A DNA stretch of 28,905 nt from the NCBI GenBank assembly GCA_035470605.1, contig DATIQS010000227.1:1-28905 (forward strand), read 5' to 3'. The notes under the pieces were generated by a model that saw only the letters and a list, made by a program, of their open reading frames with translations, had not been told where the DNA came from and ran no database searches. Shown here piece after piece: positions 8,081 to 16,303 of this stretch (its first letter is position 1; each line of letters starts with the position of its first letter). The translations under genes and the position numbers were made by a program. The DNA is from Fibrobacteraceae bacterium (GTDB lineage Bacteria; Fibrobacterota; Fibrobacteria; Fibrobacterales; Fibrobacteraceae).

Positions 8081-8899
8081 TCAGCTACTGCCGTTAGGTT
8101 TAAAAAAAGAAACGCCATGGCCCAAAAGTTCGCTGTGAATATCCCCTAAGGCCGGAAAGGTTTTGCGCCATCGTTTCAAATTTTCCAAGTCCAAATCCGC
8201 CTCCAGAACACGCTCCTCTGGACCTGCTAGCGCGATCCTTTCCCCCTGAGGTCCGAAGACAGCACTTTCTCCCTTATACTCCAAAAATTTGTCTCGCCCA
8301 GCACGATTGACCCCCAAAACAAAACACTGGTTTTCAATAGCACGAGCCTGCAACAAGGGAAGCCAGTGCGCCTGCTTGGGGCTAGGCCAATTCGCTGGCA
8401 CTGTAAAAATCTGGGCTCCGGCGCGTACAGCATGGCGAAACGCCTCGGGAAAGCGCAAGTCATAGCAAATGAAGGGAGCCACCTGAGCATCTCCGGCAGG
8501 ATAGAGCAGGATGTCTCGCCCAGCCTCAAAACGTTTGTGCTCTCCGCCGTAGGTAAAGGGGTGTAATTTCTGGAATTTTCCCAGGACGTTTCCCTCTGGG
8601 CCATAGGCCACAACCAAATTTTGCCGACGCCCATCAGGAGCCGGGGTAATGCCAGAGCCCTGGATCACACATTGCAGTTCCCGAGCCAATGCGGACAGGA
8701 AATCACCCGTTTCCGCGAGTTGCCCTGGCGAACCCTCCACAAGTCCACCGAACTCCACATCAAAACCGGTCGCAAACATTTCGGGCAAAACGACAAGAGA
8801 GCCAGGCAGCACCCGACCAGCCAATAATTTCCGCACACAAACGAAATTGGCATGTTTATCACGCCATTGGATGTCGAGCTGCACCAGATAGGCCTTCAT
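8081..8899 (-). CDS. Carbon-nitrogen hydrolase (nitrilase superfamily; omega-amidase/Nit-like)
   Basis: Glu-Lys-Cys triad in VLPEMF, FQKLHPF and ICYDLRFPE, plus RAIENQ. GAGG RBS. Confidence 0.92.
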   Translation of the reverse strand: MKAYLVQLDIQWRDKHANFVCVRKLLAGRVLPGSLVVLPEMFATGFDVEFGGLVEGSPGQLAETGDFLSALARELQCVIQGSGITPAPDGRRQNLVVAYGPEGNVLGKFQKLHPFTYGGEHKRFEAGRDILLYPAGDAQVAPFICYDLRFPEAFRHAVRAGAQIFTVPANWPSPKQAHWLPLLQARAIENQCFVLGVNRAGRDKFLEYKGESAVFGPQGERIALAGPEERVLEADLDLENLKRWRKTFPALGDIHSELLGHGVSFFKPNGSS

Positions 8900-8905
8900 G
8901 ATGCC

Positions 8906-10627
8906 TCAGTATTTTTTCAAACTGGCCATGTGAGCACACAGGCGGGGCATGGTCTCAAACTGGCTGCGGTCCAAGCGTAATAAACGAACCTCGTAACGGC
9001 GGTTGCTGAACTGCGCCATGATTTCAAAATTATCTGGACTTTCCCATACCACCGCCTGGAAGGACAGGGTGTCGCACTGCGAGTCGCCCGTGGAAACTCC
9101 AATGCCCGAAATACGGCTATTCTGGGCTAAAAGGCGTCCAAAAAGATCAAACACCGTCCCTGGGCGACCGGGATGAAAAGAGGTATCCCTGGCGGTGACA
9201 TGAACAGCCGTTAAGCCCCGATCCTTCGAAAAGACAATCGTACTGGTGTAAAGGAACGGCGGTTCCCATTTCTTTTCCTGCCAGACCAGACTATCGATTC
9301 GTTTGAAATCCTCGACAGAATAACGAGCAAAAAATTCCTTGGGGCTTGCTCCCCAGCGCACTAAATAGTGCCCCAGGCGTTCCGAAAAGGTACGTTCTTC
9401 AGACTTCACGCTCCGTAAGGAGTCTGTCGTTCTGCGCAATTCCTGAGATAAGGCCGCGGAGGCCGGTTCACGCACCACAGCCTTGGCTTCCTGAATGCGA
9501 AGCTGAATGTCTGGATATTCCGAATCGCGGTCCTGAATGGACTCAAATTGATCTCGAGCCAGATCAAATTGACGCGCCTTGAGATACGCCTGTCCCAAAG
9601 CATCGCGCAGGGGCATATTTTCTGGATAAAGATTTACTAGCGGTTCCAAAATATCAATCGCCACCTGGGCCTGACTACGCGGCGTCACCGAGCCCTCAAC
9701 ATTGCGGACGCCTGGAGGTGACTTTTCCCCCAGAGAGGCCAGCGCCTCTTTTGCCAAAGAATCCTGCCCATTGATCGCAAGAGCCCGGCGATAATGTGCT
9801 TCCGCCTGATCAAATTTGCCCTGATACTCCTTCAGATAACCCTCAAGCGTCAGCAAAGCCGTTTCTCCAGGAAAACGGCTCAGCCCATATTCCACCACCT
9901 GTCCACAGCTATCCAAATTGCCTGCGCCATGATAGGCCCAAGCGAGCATCGCGTAAAAACGTCCATCGGAACCATGGGTCAAAGTAATCCCCGTCCTCGC
10001 TTCTGTTTGCGCTCCCAGAAACTGATTTCCCCGGAACAACGCCCGAGCGAGGCTCAGATGCGGTTCGACATGCCCAGGAGCCTTCAGCACAGCCTCTTCG
10101 AGGAATTGCAATGCCACGGTGGATTGCCCCTGTTTTTCCGCGAGCATCCCCCGTAACCAAAGCGCATCAGGGTCCCCAGGATCCAACTTGTCAAATTGCG
10201 CCAGAAGAGACTGCCACTGAGTGGCCAAATCGTCATTCCATGCATCTGCCGCCAGCAGGGTTTTACCCAGTCCGACTAAAATACGGTGATAAGAAGGAAA
10301 CTGCATTTGCATGGCTTGGTAAGTCACCAACGCTTGGCGCCAATCTCCTTGCCGCAAAAGCTCATCGGCCCGCTGCAAATCCGCCAAACTCGCAACCGGA
10401 GGATCTGGATATTTTTTTTCCTTTCCGCTCTCAATGGTTAAGGAGGAGCCAGGGGGAAGACCAAAAGGAATGTCCCCCACTTCGATGCGCTGAGGACCGA
10501 GGAGGCGTCCCAAGTTATACATCCCAATGGTGATGAGCCCACCGAGAATCAATGCCAAGGCATAAAAAGACACCTTACGCGCATCAACGCGGTTTTTCCA
10601 ATGAGTGGGAAATGGGGCCCGGGGCAT
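8906..10627 (-). CDS. N-terminally membrane-anchored tetratricopeptide repeat protein, 573 aa
   Basis: Hydrophobic anchor FYALALILGGLITIGMY after a basic N-terminus. Many TPR-like units (e.g. GKFDQAEAHYRRALAIN, LGQAYLKARQFDLARDQF). The C-terminal ~160 aa is a non-TPR domain. Confidence 0.85.
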   Translation of the reverse strand: MPRAPFPTHWKNRVDARKVSFYALALILGGLITIGMYNLGRLLGPQRIEVGDIPFGLPPGSSLTIESGKEKKYPDPPVASLADLQRADELLRQGDWRQALVTYQAMQMQFPSYHRILVGLGKTLLAADAWNDDLATQWQSLLAQFDKLDPGDPDALWLRGMLAEKQGQSTVALQFLEEAVLKAPGHVEPHLSLARALFRGNQFLGAQTEARTGITLTHGSDGRFYAMLAWAYHGAGNLDSCGQVVEYGLSRFPGETALLTLEGYLKEYQGKFDQAEAHYRRALAINGQDSLAKEALASLGEKSPPGVRNVEGSVTPRSQAQVAIDILEPLVNLYPENMPLRDALGQAYLKARQFDLARDQFESIQDRDSEYPDIQLRIQEAKAVVREPASAALSQELRRTTDSLRSVKSEERTFSERLGHYLVRWGASPKEFFARYSVEDFKRIDSLVWQEKKWEPPFLYTSTIVFSKDRGLTAVHVTARDTSFHPGRPGTVFDLFGRLLAQNSRISGIGVSTGDSQCDTLSFQAVVWESPDNFEIMAQFSNRRYEVRLLRLDRSQFETMPRLCAHMASLKKY

Positions 10628-10631
10628 GCCC

Positions 10632-11474
10632 TCACCCCCGGAGGAAGTCGTTTAGCTTGTCCTTGTTTTCCTTGGACTTCTGTAGCTTGCGCAAAGTCTT
10701 GTTTTTGATCTGACGGACGCGCTCACGGGAAAGCTTTAGGTCTTCGCCGATATCCTTGAGGGTTGTGTCCTCCACTGTCCCCAGGCCATAGAACATACGC
10801 AAAATTTCCTCTTCGCGTTCCGGCAAAACAGAAAGCGCCTCGTTAATGGCGCCGCGCAACTCAGTGCGTTCGTATTCCTGTTCCTGGTCACCATCCGAGC
10901 CAAGAACATCCATCAGAGTAGACACGGAATCCAGGCTGGAGGAATCGTCGCCAATGGGCGCATCCAGAGACACATCCACGATCTTTTCCATGACTTCAAC
11001 GATATCGCGTTCAAAGGGCTGGAACTCTGGCAGGGAGATCGTCTTTTCGTAGTCCCCATGATTTTCCACCAAAGCGCGCTTGAAGCGATTCACCAACGCC
11101 AGCTTGTTGGGCGGGATGCGCACGGAGCCAACCTGCTCGAACAACGCTTTTTGGATGGATTGGCGAATCCACCACACCGCATAGGAAATGAACTTTACGT
11201 CTTTTTCCTGGTCAAAACGGCGAGCCGCTTTGAAAAGGCCCAAATTGCCCTCATTGATCAAATCCAGAAGGGTAAGACCTCGCCCCTGGTATTTGCGAGC
11301 AACACTCACCACAAAGCGCAAGTTACCGCGGATTAGGCGTTGTAACGCAGCACGGTGAATACTGCGGCGACCATCGTCTTTCAATATCGCCAACAGGGCC
11401 TGTTCTTCTGAAGGGGTCAATGTCGGGTACCGATTTAGGTCCCGAAAATACATGGCTTCGTTTTGATTACTCAT
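10632..11474 (-). CDS. RNA polymerase sigma70 factor, RpoD/SigA-like, lacking region 1.1 (280 aa)
   Basis: Region 1.2 YFRDL...LTPSEE. Region 2 NLRFVVSVARKY...DLINEGNLGL...KFISYAVWWIRQSI. Then SLDAPIG and the region 4 HTH TLKDIGEDLKLSRERVRQI. Confidence 0.95.
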   Translation of the reverse strand: MSNQNEAMYFRDLNRYPTLTPSEEQALLAILKDDGRRSIHRAALQRLIRGNLRFVVSVARKYQGRGLTLLDLINEGNLGLFKAARRFDQEKDVKFISYAVWWIRQSIQKALFEQVGSVRIPPNKLALVNRFKRALVENHGDYEKTISLPEFQPFERDIVEVMEKIVDVSLDAPIGDDSSSLDSVSTLMDVLGSDGDQEQEYERTELRGAINEALSVLPEREEEILRMFYGLGTVEDTTLKDIGEDLKLSRERVRQIKNKTLRKLQKSKENKDKLNDFLRG

Positions 11475-11496
11475 CAGCCTCGACCAATACTCTCAG

Positions 11497-11505
11497 ATTA
11501 TACCA
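11497..11505 (-). promoter_or_regulatory. Extended -10 promoter, proximal to the sigma gene
   Basis: The minus strand reads TGGTATAAT (TGn plus consensus -10), 22 nt upstream of the sigma ATG. No recognisable -35. Confidence 0.55.
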
Positions 11506-11583
11506 AGATTTTAGGGACATCCACTCGTTTTTTTGGCCGGCTGACCACGGACTCTGAAAAAGTGGAGTTCCCACACACTCGCG

Positions 11584-11613
11584 AAATTAAGCTAATCGTT
11601 AGAATTCTGTCAA
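11584..11613 (-). promoter_or_regulatory. Distal sigma70-type promoter for the sigma gene
   Basis: The minus strand reads TTGACA-N18-TAATTT. The spacer contains the palindrome CTAA-CGA-TTAG. Confidence 0.5.
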
Positions 11614-11724
11614 CGGAAAACATCAAGGATCTTGCGTGATAGGCCAGGTGACTTTCATCTGCATCGGCAACGCATCGAGCAGGGACGCTGAAGCACCCAT
11701 ATAGGGGAAAAGGCGTGTTGGGCA

Positions 11725-14292
11725 TCACCCGTTGTCGTCTTTTTTCGGAACTTTGGGCTTGCCCCAGCGGCGTCCACCTGCTTTGGGTTCCCGTGGAGGG
11801 AACTCAAATTCAATTTTCCCCACTTTGGATAGTTTCAGTTTGGCATCGAATTTCTTGCGCGTCCGCGAAGAGACAAAATCCTTAAGTAATTCGGTGGATT
11901 CACCATGCAGCATCCGAGTAATATCGTTGGGGGACAGGGTGCGGCCCAAAATCACCTTGGAGATGCGTAAACCGGTCTTTTCACCAGACAAGGCGGAAGC
12001 GGATGCATAGGCGCTCCCCACATCGAAAACCGGGCTCTGATCGATCGGAGAATTGCCGAGTGGGGTGGCGGAATTCACGTCAAAAGCCTGACCGTTTTCT
12101 CCCATACCAGCGTCCGAGGCGAACTCAAATTCAACCGCCCCCTTGGAGTTAATCACCAAGCTTGCCACAAACTCCTTGCCGCGTTTCGAGCGAAATCCGG
12201 TAAGAGGACCAATGCGTCCCTTGTCTAGCAAGTCCTTGACCTCAGTGGGGTCCATAAGGCGCCCCCCCAGCAATTTCCGCACCAGGATTCCATCCTCAGT
12301 TTCATAGGCCGTAACGGTTTCCGTTACCTTGCGGCCATCCGCCAGAGAGAAGGAGGCTTCCTGCCGGGTGTCATCTTCCTTGAAATTTTTGATGCGGTCC
12401 ACCACGCGCCGAGTAAGGTCCACAATTTCATGCATAAATTTGTCGCGCGTGTACTGCCCCCGTTCCATCAGACCGAGTTTGTGTTCCCATTCACCGGTGA
12501 GTTCCGGGCTAGTGAGATCCTCAATTTGCATGGCTCCCGTGAGACGAATCAGGTCAAAAGCCTTAGCGGTGGGCACCAGTTCTTTGCCCTCGCGTATCAG
12601 GTATTTATCGGAGATCAATCCCTCGATTACTGCCGCGCGTGTTGCCGGGGTTCCCAAACCGCGATCTTTCATCGCATCGCGCAGCTCGTCGTCCTCGATG
12701 AGTTTCCCCGCACTTTCCATGATGGAGAGAAGCGAAGATTCCGTGTAACGAGCCGGAGGACGGGTCTGGTCGCCCAGGATTTCGATGGCTTGGTTGCGGG
12801 CCGGAGTATTGGGAGGAAGCGGTGCCAGCACGAGCTCTTCGTCCGCCTCCTTACCATAGACAGCACGCCAACCGGGCTCTACCAGCACCTTGCCCTCAGT
12901 GCGAAAGGTTTCGTCTTCTACGGTGGCGATGCGCACGGTCTGCTGGAATTGCGCCGCGGGGAAAAAAATCGCCACAAAGCGCTGACAGATCAGTTGGTAG
13001 ACCTTGGATTCCGCCTCACTCAGCTCGGTTCTGGCGTCATTGCCCGTAGGGATAATCGCATGGTGATCGGAAATCTTCGCGTTATCGAACACGCGTTTGT
13101 CCTGTTTAACCCACCCCTTGCGCAACGCGGTTTGCGCATGTTGCCCCACAGAGCCCTCCAATGTTCCCAGCACGGTTTTGACCTGATCGACATAATCTTC
13201 TGGAAGAAATTTGGAATCAGTACGGGGGTATGTGGTGAGTTTGTGCCTTTCGTAGAGCGCTTGAGCAATCTGCAGGGTGGTCTTCGCGGAAAAGCCAAAT
13301 CGCCCATTGGCCTCACGCTGGAGGCTTGTCAAATCATACAAAGGGGGACATTTGTTAAAGACGGGTTTAGAGGTTTCCTCTACCGAGGCGTCTTTTCCCT
13401 GGCATTTGGTGACAATCGTTTCCGCCTGGGCTTTGTCCCAAATACGACTCGCGTTGTCCTTTGCGTCTTGGCTATCCTCTTTTTTAAACTGGGGGTCGAA
13501 CCAACGTCCTTCCCAACTGGAGTTGCCCGCCTGGAATAGCGCTTGCAGGGTCCAAAAATCACGAGGCACAAAGGAGAGGCGATCCTGTTCGCGTTTGACG
13601 ATCAAGGTCAGGGTCGGTGTCTGCACCCGACCACATGGAGTCAGACGAAAGCCCCGACGCTGCCCTCCGGTTCCCAGGCCACTATTATAAGCAGTTAGGC
13701 CACGTGAGCTGTTGATGCCAACAAGCCAATCGGCCTCGGAACGACTGAGAGCGGCGGCGCGCAAATTGTCCATCTCGGCATGATTGCGCAATTTGGAAAG
13801 AGCATCCAGAATAGCGCTCCGAGTCATACTCTGCATCCAGAGGCGCTGGATCACTTTGCCCTGTAGACCGGATTTTCCCTGTTCGTGCTCCAGGATATAG
13901 TGAAAAATCAGCTCCCCTTCACGGCCAGCATCACAAGCATTGATGATGCGGGTAACGTCCTTGCGGCGGATGAGACGCCCCAAAGCAGAAAGCTGCGCCT
14001 TGGAATCCGCAATGGGCTTCAATTCAAATTTTTGAGGCAGAATTGGCAACGTCGTAAGGCTCCAGGCCTTGTTACGCTCATCCATCTCCCCAGGGTCCGC
14101 GATGGTCACCAAGTGACCCAGAGCCCAGGAAACGAGATATTCTCCGCCCTCATAGTGGGTTTTCTCTTTGGTGAATTTTCCACCCAGCGCCTTGACTAGG
14201 TCTCCGGCTACACTAGGTTTTTCCGCGATAATCAGGGTAAGACCCGAGTCGCCAGTTTTTCCCTTTGCTTTCAACGTCTTTGTGCTTGCCAT
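11725..14292 (-). CDS. topB: DNA topoisomerase III (type IA), 855 aa
   Basis: TOPRIM IIAEKPSVA, NACDAGREGELIF, GRVQTPTL, catalytic TYPRTDS, GLGTPATRA and C-terminal Toprim-C-like repeats (LTGFRSKRGKEF, FVSSRTRKKF). Start placed at MASTKTL; the longer in-frame extension runs into the nrdR promoter. Confidence 0.93.
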   Translation of the reverse strand: MASTKTLKAKGKTGDSGLTLIIAEKPSVAGDLVKALGGKFTKEKTHYEGGEYLVSWALGHLVTIADPGEMDERNKAWSLTTLPILPQKFELKPIADSKAQLSALGRLIRRKDVTRIINACDAGREGELIFHYILEHEQGKSGLQGKVIQRLWMQSMTRSAILDALSKLRNHAEMDNLRAAALSRSEADWLVGINSSRGLTAYNSGLGTGGQRRGFRLTPCGRVQTPTLTLIVKREQDRLSFVPRDFWTLQALFQAGNSSWEGRWFDPQFKKEDSQDAKDNASRIWDKAQAETIVTKCQGKDASVEETSKPVFNKCPPLYDLTSLQREANGRFGFSAKTTLQIAQALYERHKLTTYPRTDSKFLPEDYVDQVKTVLGTLEGSVGQHAQTALRKGWVKQDKRVFDNAKISDHHAIIPTGNDARTELSEAESKVYQLICQRFVAIFFPAAQFQQTVRIATVEDETFRTEGKVLVEPGWRAVYGKEADEELVLAPLPPNTPARNQAIEILGDQTRPPARYTESSLLSIMESAGKLIEDDELRDAMKDRGLGTPATRAAVIEGLISDKYLIREGKELVPTAKAFDLIRLTGAMQIEDLTSPELTGEWEHKLGLMERGQYTRDKFMHEIVDLTRRVVDRIKNFKEDDTRQEASFSLADGRKVTETVTAYETEDGILVRKLLGGRLMDPTEVKDLLDKGRIGPLTGFRSKRGKEFVASLVINSKGAVEFEFASDAGMGENGQAFDVNSATPLGNSPIDQSPVFDVGSAYASASALSGEKTGLRISKVILGRTLSPNDITRMLHGESTELLKDFVSSRTRKKFDAKLKLSKVGKIEFEFPPREPKAGGRRWGKPKVPKKDDNG

Positions 14293-14368
14293 CGCCGCCA
14301 AGTATAACAAGAAAGACCGAAAGATTTCCGCAAGATTTGGATCGAGAGAGTTTTCGACACTGAGAATG

Positions 14369-14420
14369 TTGGAATGCCATGGCGACATAAATTATATTCC
14401 ATCCAGCTTCTCTTGTTGAA
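14369..14420. promoter_or_regulatory. Overlapping divergent promoters for nrdR (+) and topB (-)
   Basis: + strand TTGGAA(14369-74)-N18-TATATT(14393-98). - strand TTCAAC(14420-15)-N18-TATAAT(14396-91). Confidence 0.4.
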
Positions 14421-14447
14421 GTTTTGTTCCTTGAGGATAGCCGTATC

Positions 14448-14903
14448 ATGATCTGCCCTTTCTGCAAACACGGCGAAGACAAGGTCGTCGATTCCCGTTC
14501 CAGCGGTTCCGCCATTCGTCGCCGACGTGAGTGTCTAGGTTGCGGACGCCGCTTCACCACCTATGAATATGTGGAAATGGTCCCCCTAACAGTCATCAAG
14601 CGCGATGACACGCGGGAGCCTTTTGCGCGGGAGAAATTGCTCTCTGGAATTCTTACCGCTTGCAAAAAGCGTCCGATTCCCCGTCAGACGATTGACGACA
14701 TCGTCAACGACATCGAGAACAAGCTAATGAACTCCGACAGCCAGGAAGTGCGCTACGATCAAATCGGCAATCTGGTCATGGATTCCCTGCGTCATCTTGA
14801 CCCCGTCGCCTACGTCCGCTTTGCTTCCGTATACCGCGAATTTAAGGAAGTTGGCGAATTCGTGCAGCAAGTTTTGGCCTTACAGAAGCCCGGAAAGCCC
14901 TGA
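14448..14903 (+). CDS. nrdR: Transcriptional repressor NrdR (Zn ribbon plus ATP cone), 151 aa
   Basis: MICPFC...KVVDSR...IRRRRECLGCGRRFTTYE and VAYVRFASVYREF. GAGG RBS at 14433-36. Confidence 0.97.
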   Translation: MICPFCKHGEDKVVDSRSSGSAIRRRRECLGCGRRFTTYEYVEMVPLTVIKRDDTREPFAREKLLSGILTACKKRPIPRQTIDDIVNDIENKLMNSDSQEVRYDQIGNLVMDSLRHLDPVAYVRFASVYREFKEVGEFVQQVLALQKPGKP

Positions 14904-14923
14904 CGCCCTCACGAATTTCCCCC

Positions 14924-16303
14924 ATGGACTCCTCTCCGAAATCCTTTCCGGTCAGCCGTTATCTGCAAAGTGTGAAACGCCTAGTGACGGAAAAAATTCC
15001 CCCGGTGTGGGTGCATGGAGTGATTTCCCAATTAACGGTGCGCGGACGCCTCTGCTACTTGTCGCTTTCCGAATATGCGGAGAATGATGTCCGCCCCATC
15101 GCGTCGCTTTCTCTGTATCTCTATGCTCAGGAATTGGAGGCTTTCAATCAGCGGCTCGCACGTCTGCCGCAGCCGTTTGCCCTTTCTACCGAGCTGAAGG
15201 TGTCCCTGCTGCTACAGGCTGACTTTTATATTCCGCAAGGGAAATTTCAGGCCAAGGTGTTGGATATCGACCCCGTACACACGTTGGGCGAACTCGCGCT
15301 GACCCGCCAGGCGATTTTACGTCGCTTGGAACAAGAGGATCTGCGGGAGCGCAACCGCAAGCTTTCTATGCCTTTGCTTCCGCTGCGAATCGGGCTAGTC
15401 ACCGCACCAGGCAGCGCGGCCTACCATGATTTTGTCACAACCCTCGCCACCTCTGGATTTGCGTTTGAGGTCATTCCGGCTTGGGCACGGATGCAAGGGA
15501 ATGAATCCGAAGGGACCATTCTGGAAGCGATGGGGAATCTGCTGCAAGCCCCCAATCTGGATGTTCTATGCATCGTGCGTGGCGGCGGTTCTAAGACCGA
15601 TTTGAACTATTTCGACAGTGAGGCCCTGTGCCGGGCGGTGGCTCTTTGTCCAGTTCCTGTCCTCACCGGTATAGGCCACGAAGTAGACCAGAGCCTCATG
15701 GATCTGGTCGCCTGGAAGGCCTGCATCACCCCAACCGACTGCGCCAAATTCATCATCGCCTGTGTGGAAGATGCTTGGACCCTGGCCCAAGAACGTGCCC
15801 AGGAAATCGTTCGTTTAGCCCGTCTTCGCGTAGAACGCGAAAGTGGGCGAATCCTCGTGGCGCAACAAAAATTGCAACGAGGTCTACCGGGACGAATCAC
15901 CCGGGAATTAGAACGCGAAAACGCTTTTTCCAGATCCCTGCAAAAATCCCTACGCCTGCGGCTGGAACAGGAACAGGCGAGGCAGCTTCGAAATCGGATC
16001 GGTCTTCGTCAAGGGTCCTCCAAAATTCTCAGTATGGCAAAACTTTCTCTGCGGCCTTGGCAGGACCGCATTTCCCAAACCAGCACAGCCCTTCTCGGCC
16101 AAACATCGTTACGCCTAGACATCCTAGGGGAACGAATTCGGGCCGCAGACCCCGCACGCATTCTGCGGCAAGGCTATTCCATTGCCACGGGACCCGATGG
16201 AAAAGTCCTTCGTTCCGCAGCGCAAACCCAAGTTGGAATGGAACTCCGAATCCGTCTGGCTCGAGGAGAAATCCACACCCAAGTGTTAGAATCTCGGAGC
16301 TAA
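14924..16303 (+). CDS. xseA: Exodeoxyribonuclease VII large subunit
   Basis: OB fold (VWVHGVISQL), RIGLVTAPGSAAYHDF, IVRGGGS, TGIGHEVD, TPT and RILRQGYSI. xseB is not in this window. Confidence 0.93.
   Translation: MDSSPKSFPVSRYLQSVKRLVTEKIPPVWVHGVISQLTVRGRLCYLSLSEYAENDVRPIASLSLYLYAQELEAFNQRLARLPQPFALSTELKVSLLLQADFYIPQGKFQAKVLDIDPVHTLGELALTRQAILRRLEQEDLRERNRKLSMPLLPLRIGLVTAPGSAAYHDFVTTLATSGFAFEVIPAWARMQGNESEGTILEAMGNLLQAPNLDVLCIVRGGGSKTDLNYFDSEALCRAVALCPVPVLTGIGHEVDQSLMDLVAWKACITPTDCAKFIIACVEDAWTLAQERAQEIVRLARLRVERESGRILVAQQKLQRGLPGRITRELERENAFSRSLQKSLRLRLEQEQARQLRNRIGLRQGSSKILSMAKLSLRPWQDRISQTSTALLGQTSLRLDILGERIRAADPARILRQGYSIATGPDGKVLRSAAQTQVGMELRIRLARGEIHTQVLESRS

Larger units (their letters stand above)
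7877..8095 (+). ncRNA. Candidate structured ncRNA, copy B; homologue of 20149-20329 (6S-like or new family)
   Basis: Homology to copy A in three colinear blocks. Stems: GTGGC/GCCAC (7879-83/8048-52), GATATG/CATATC around CAGC-TAAA-GCTG, the 11-bp TCCAACTGACC/GGTCAGTTGGA (7990-8000/8013-23) and the 9-bp ATTTTTATG/CATAAAAAT (8030-38/8064-72). Strand and ends are inferred. Confidence 0.45.

Noticed and set aside
7945-8092. MITE defined by CAGTAGC/GCTACTG terminal inverted repeats
   Set aside because: No target-site duplication is seen, homology to copy A extends beyond the left arm, and copy A lacks these termini.
7877-8095. Copy B as a known riboswitch (lysine, c-di-GMP-I, c-di-AMP, SAM-I, T-box) or SRP RNA
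   Set aside because: Only short fragments resemble these families (AGUA...GCUGAA, GUCAGC...UGCCG, CAGG/AGCAGC). The required core motifs and spacings are missing. An Rfam scan is needed to close this.
11677-11692. GAGCAG-GGAC-GCTGAA as a possible third copy of the repeat core
   Set aside because: Only about 11-12 nt match, and the flanks show none of the other conserved blocks.
11498-11728. 76-aa ORF between topB and the sigma gene
   Set aside because: No family features, and it spans two good promoter matches. More likely regulatory DNA, though the ATGA overlap with the topB stop means it cannot be fully excluded.
12430-13539. 369-aa ORF antisense to topB (also 6912-7625 antisense to clpX/clpP and 23174-23746 antisense to rplT)
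   Set aside because: Shadow ORFs lying opposite well-conserved genes, with no recognisable motifs or RBS.
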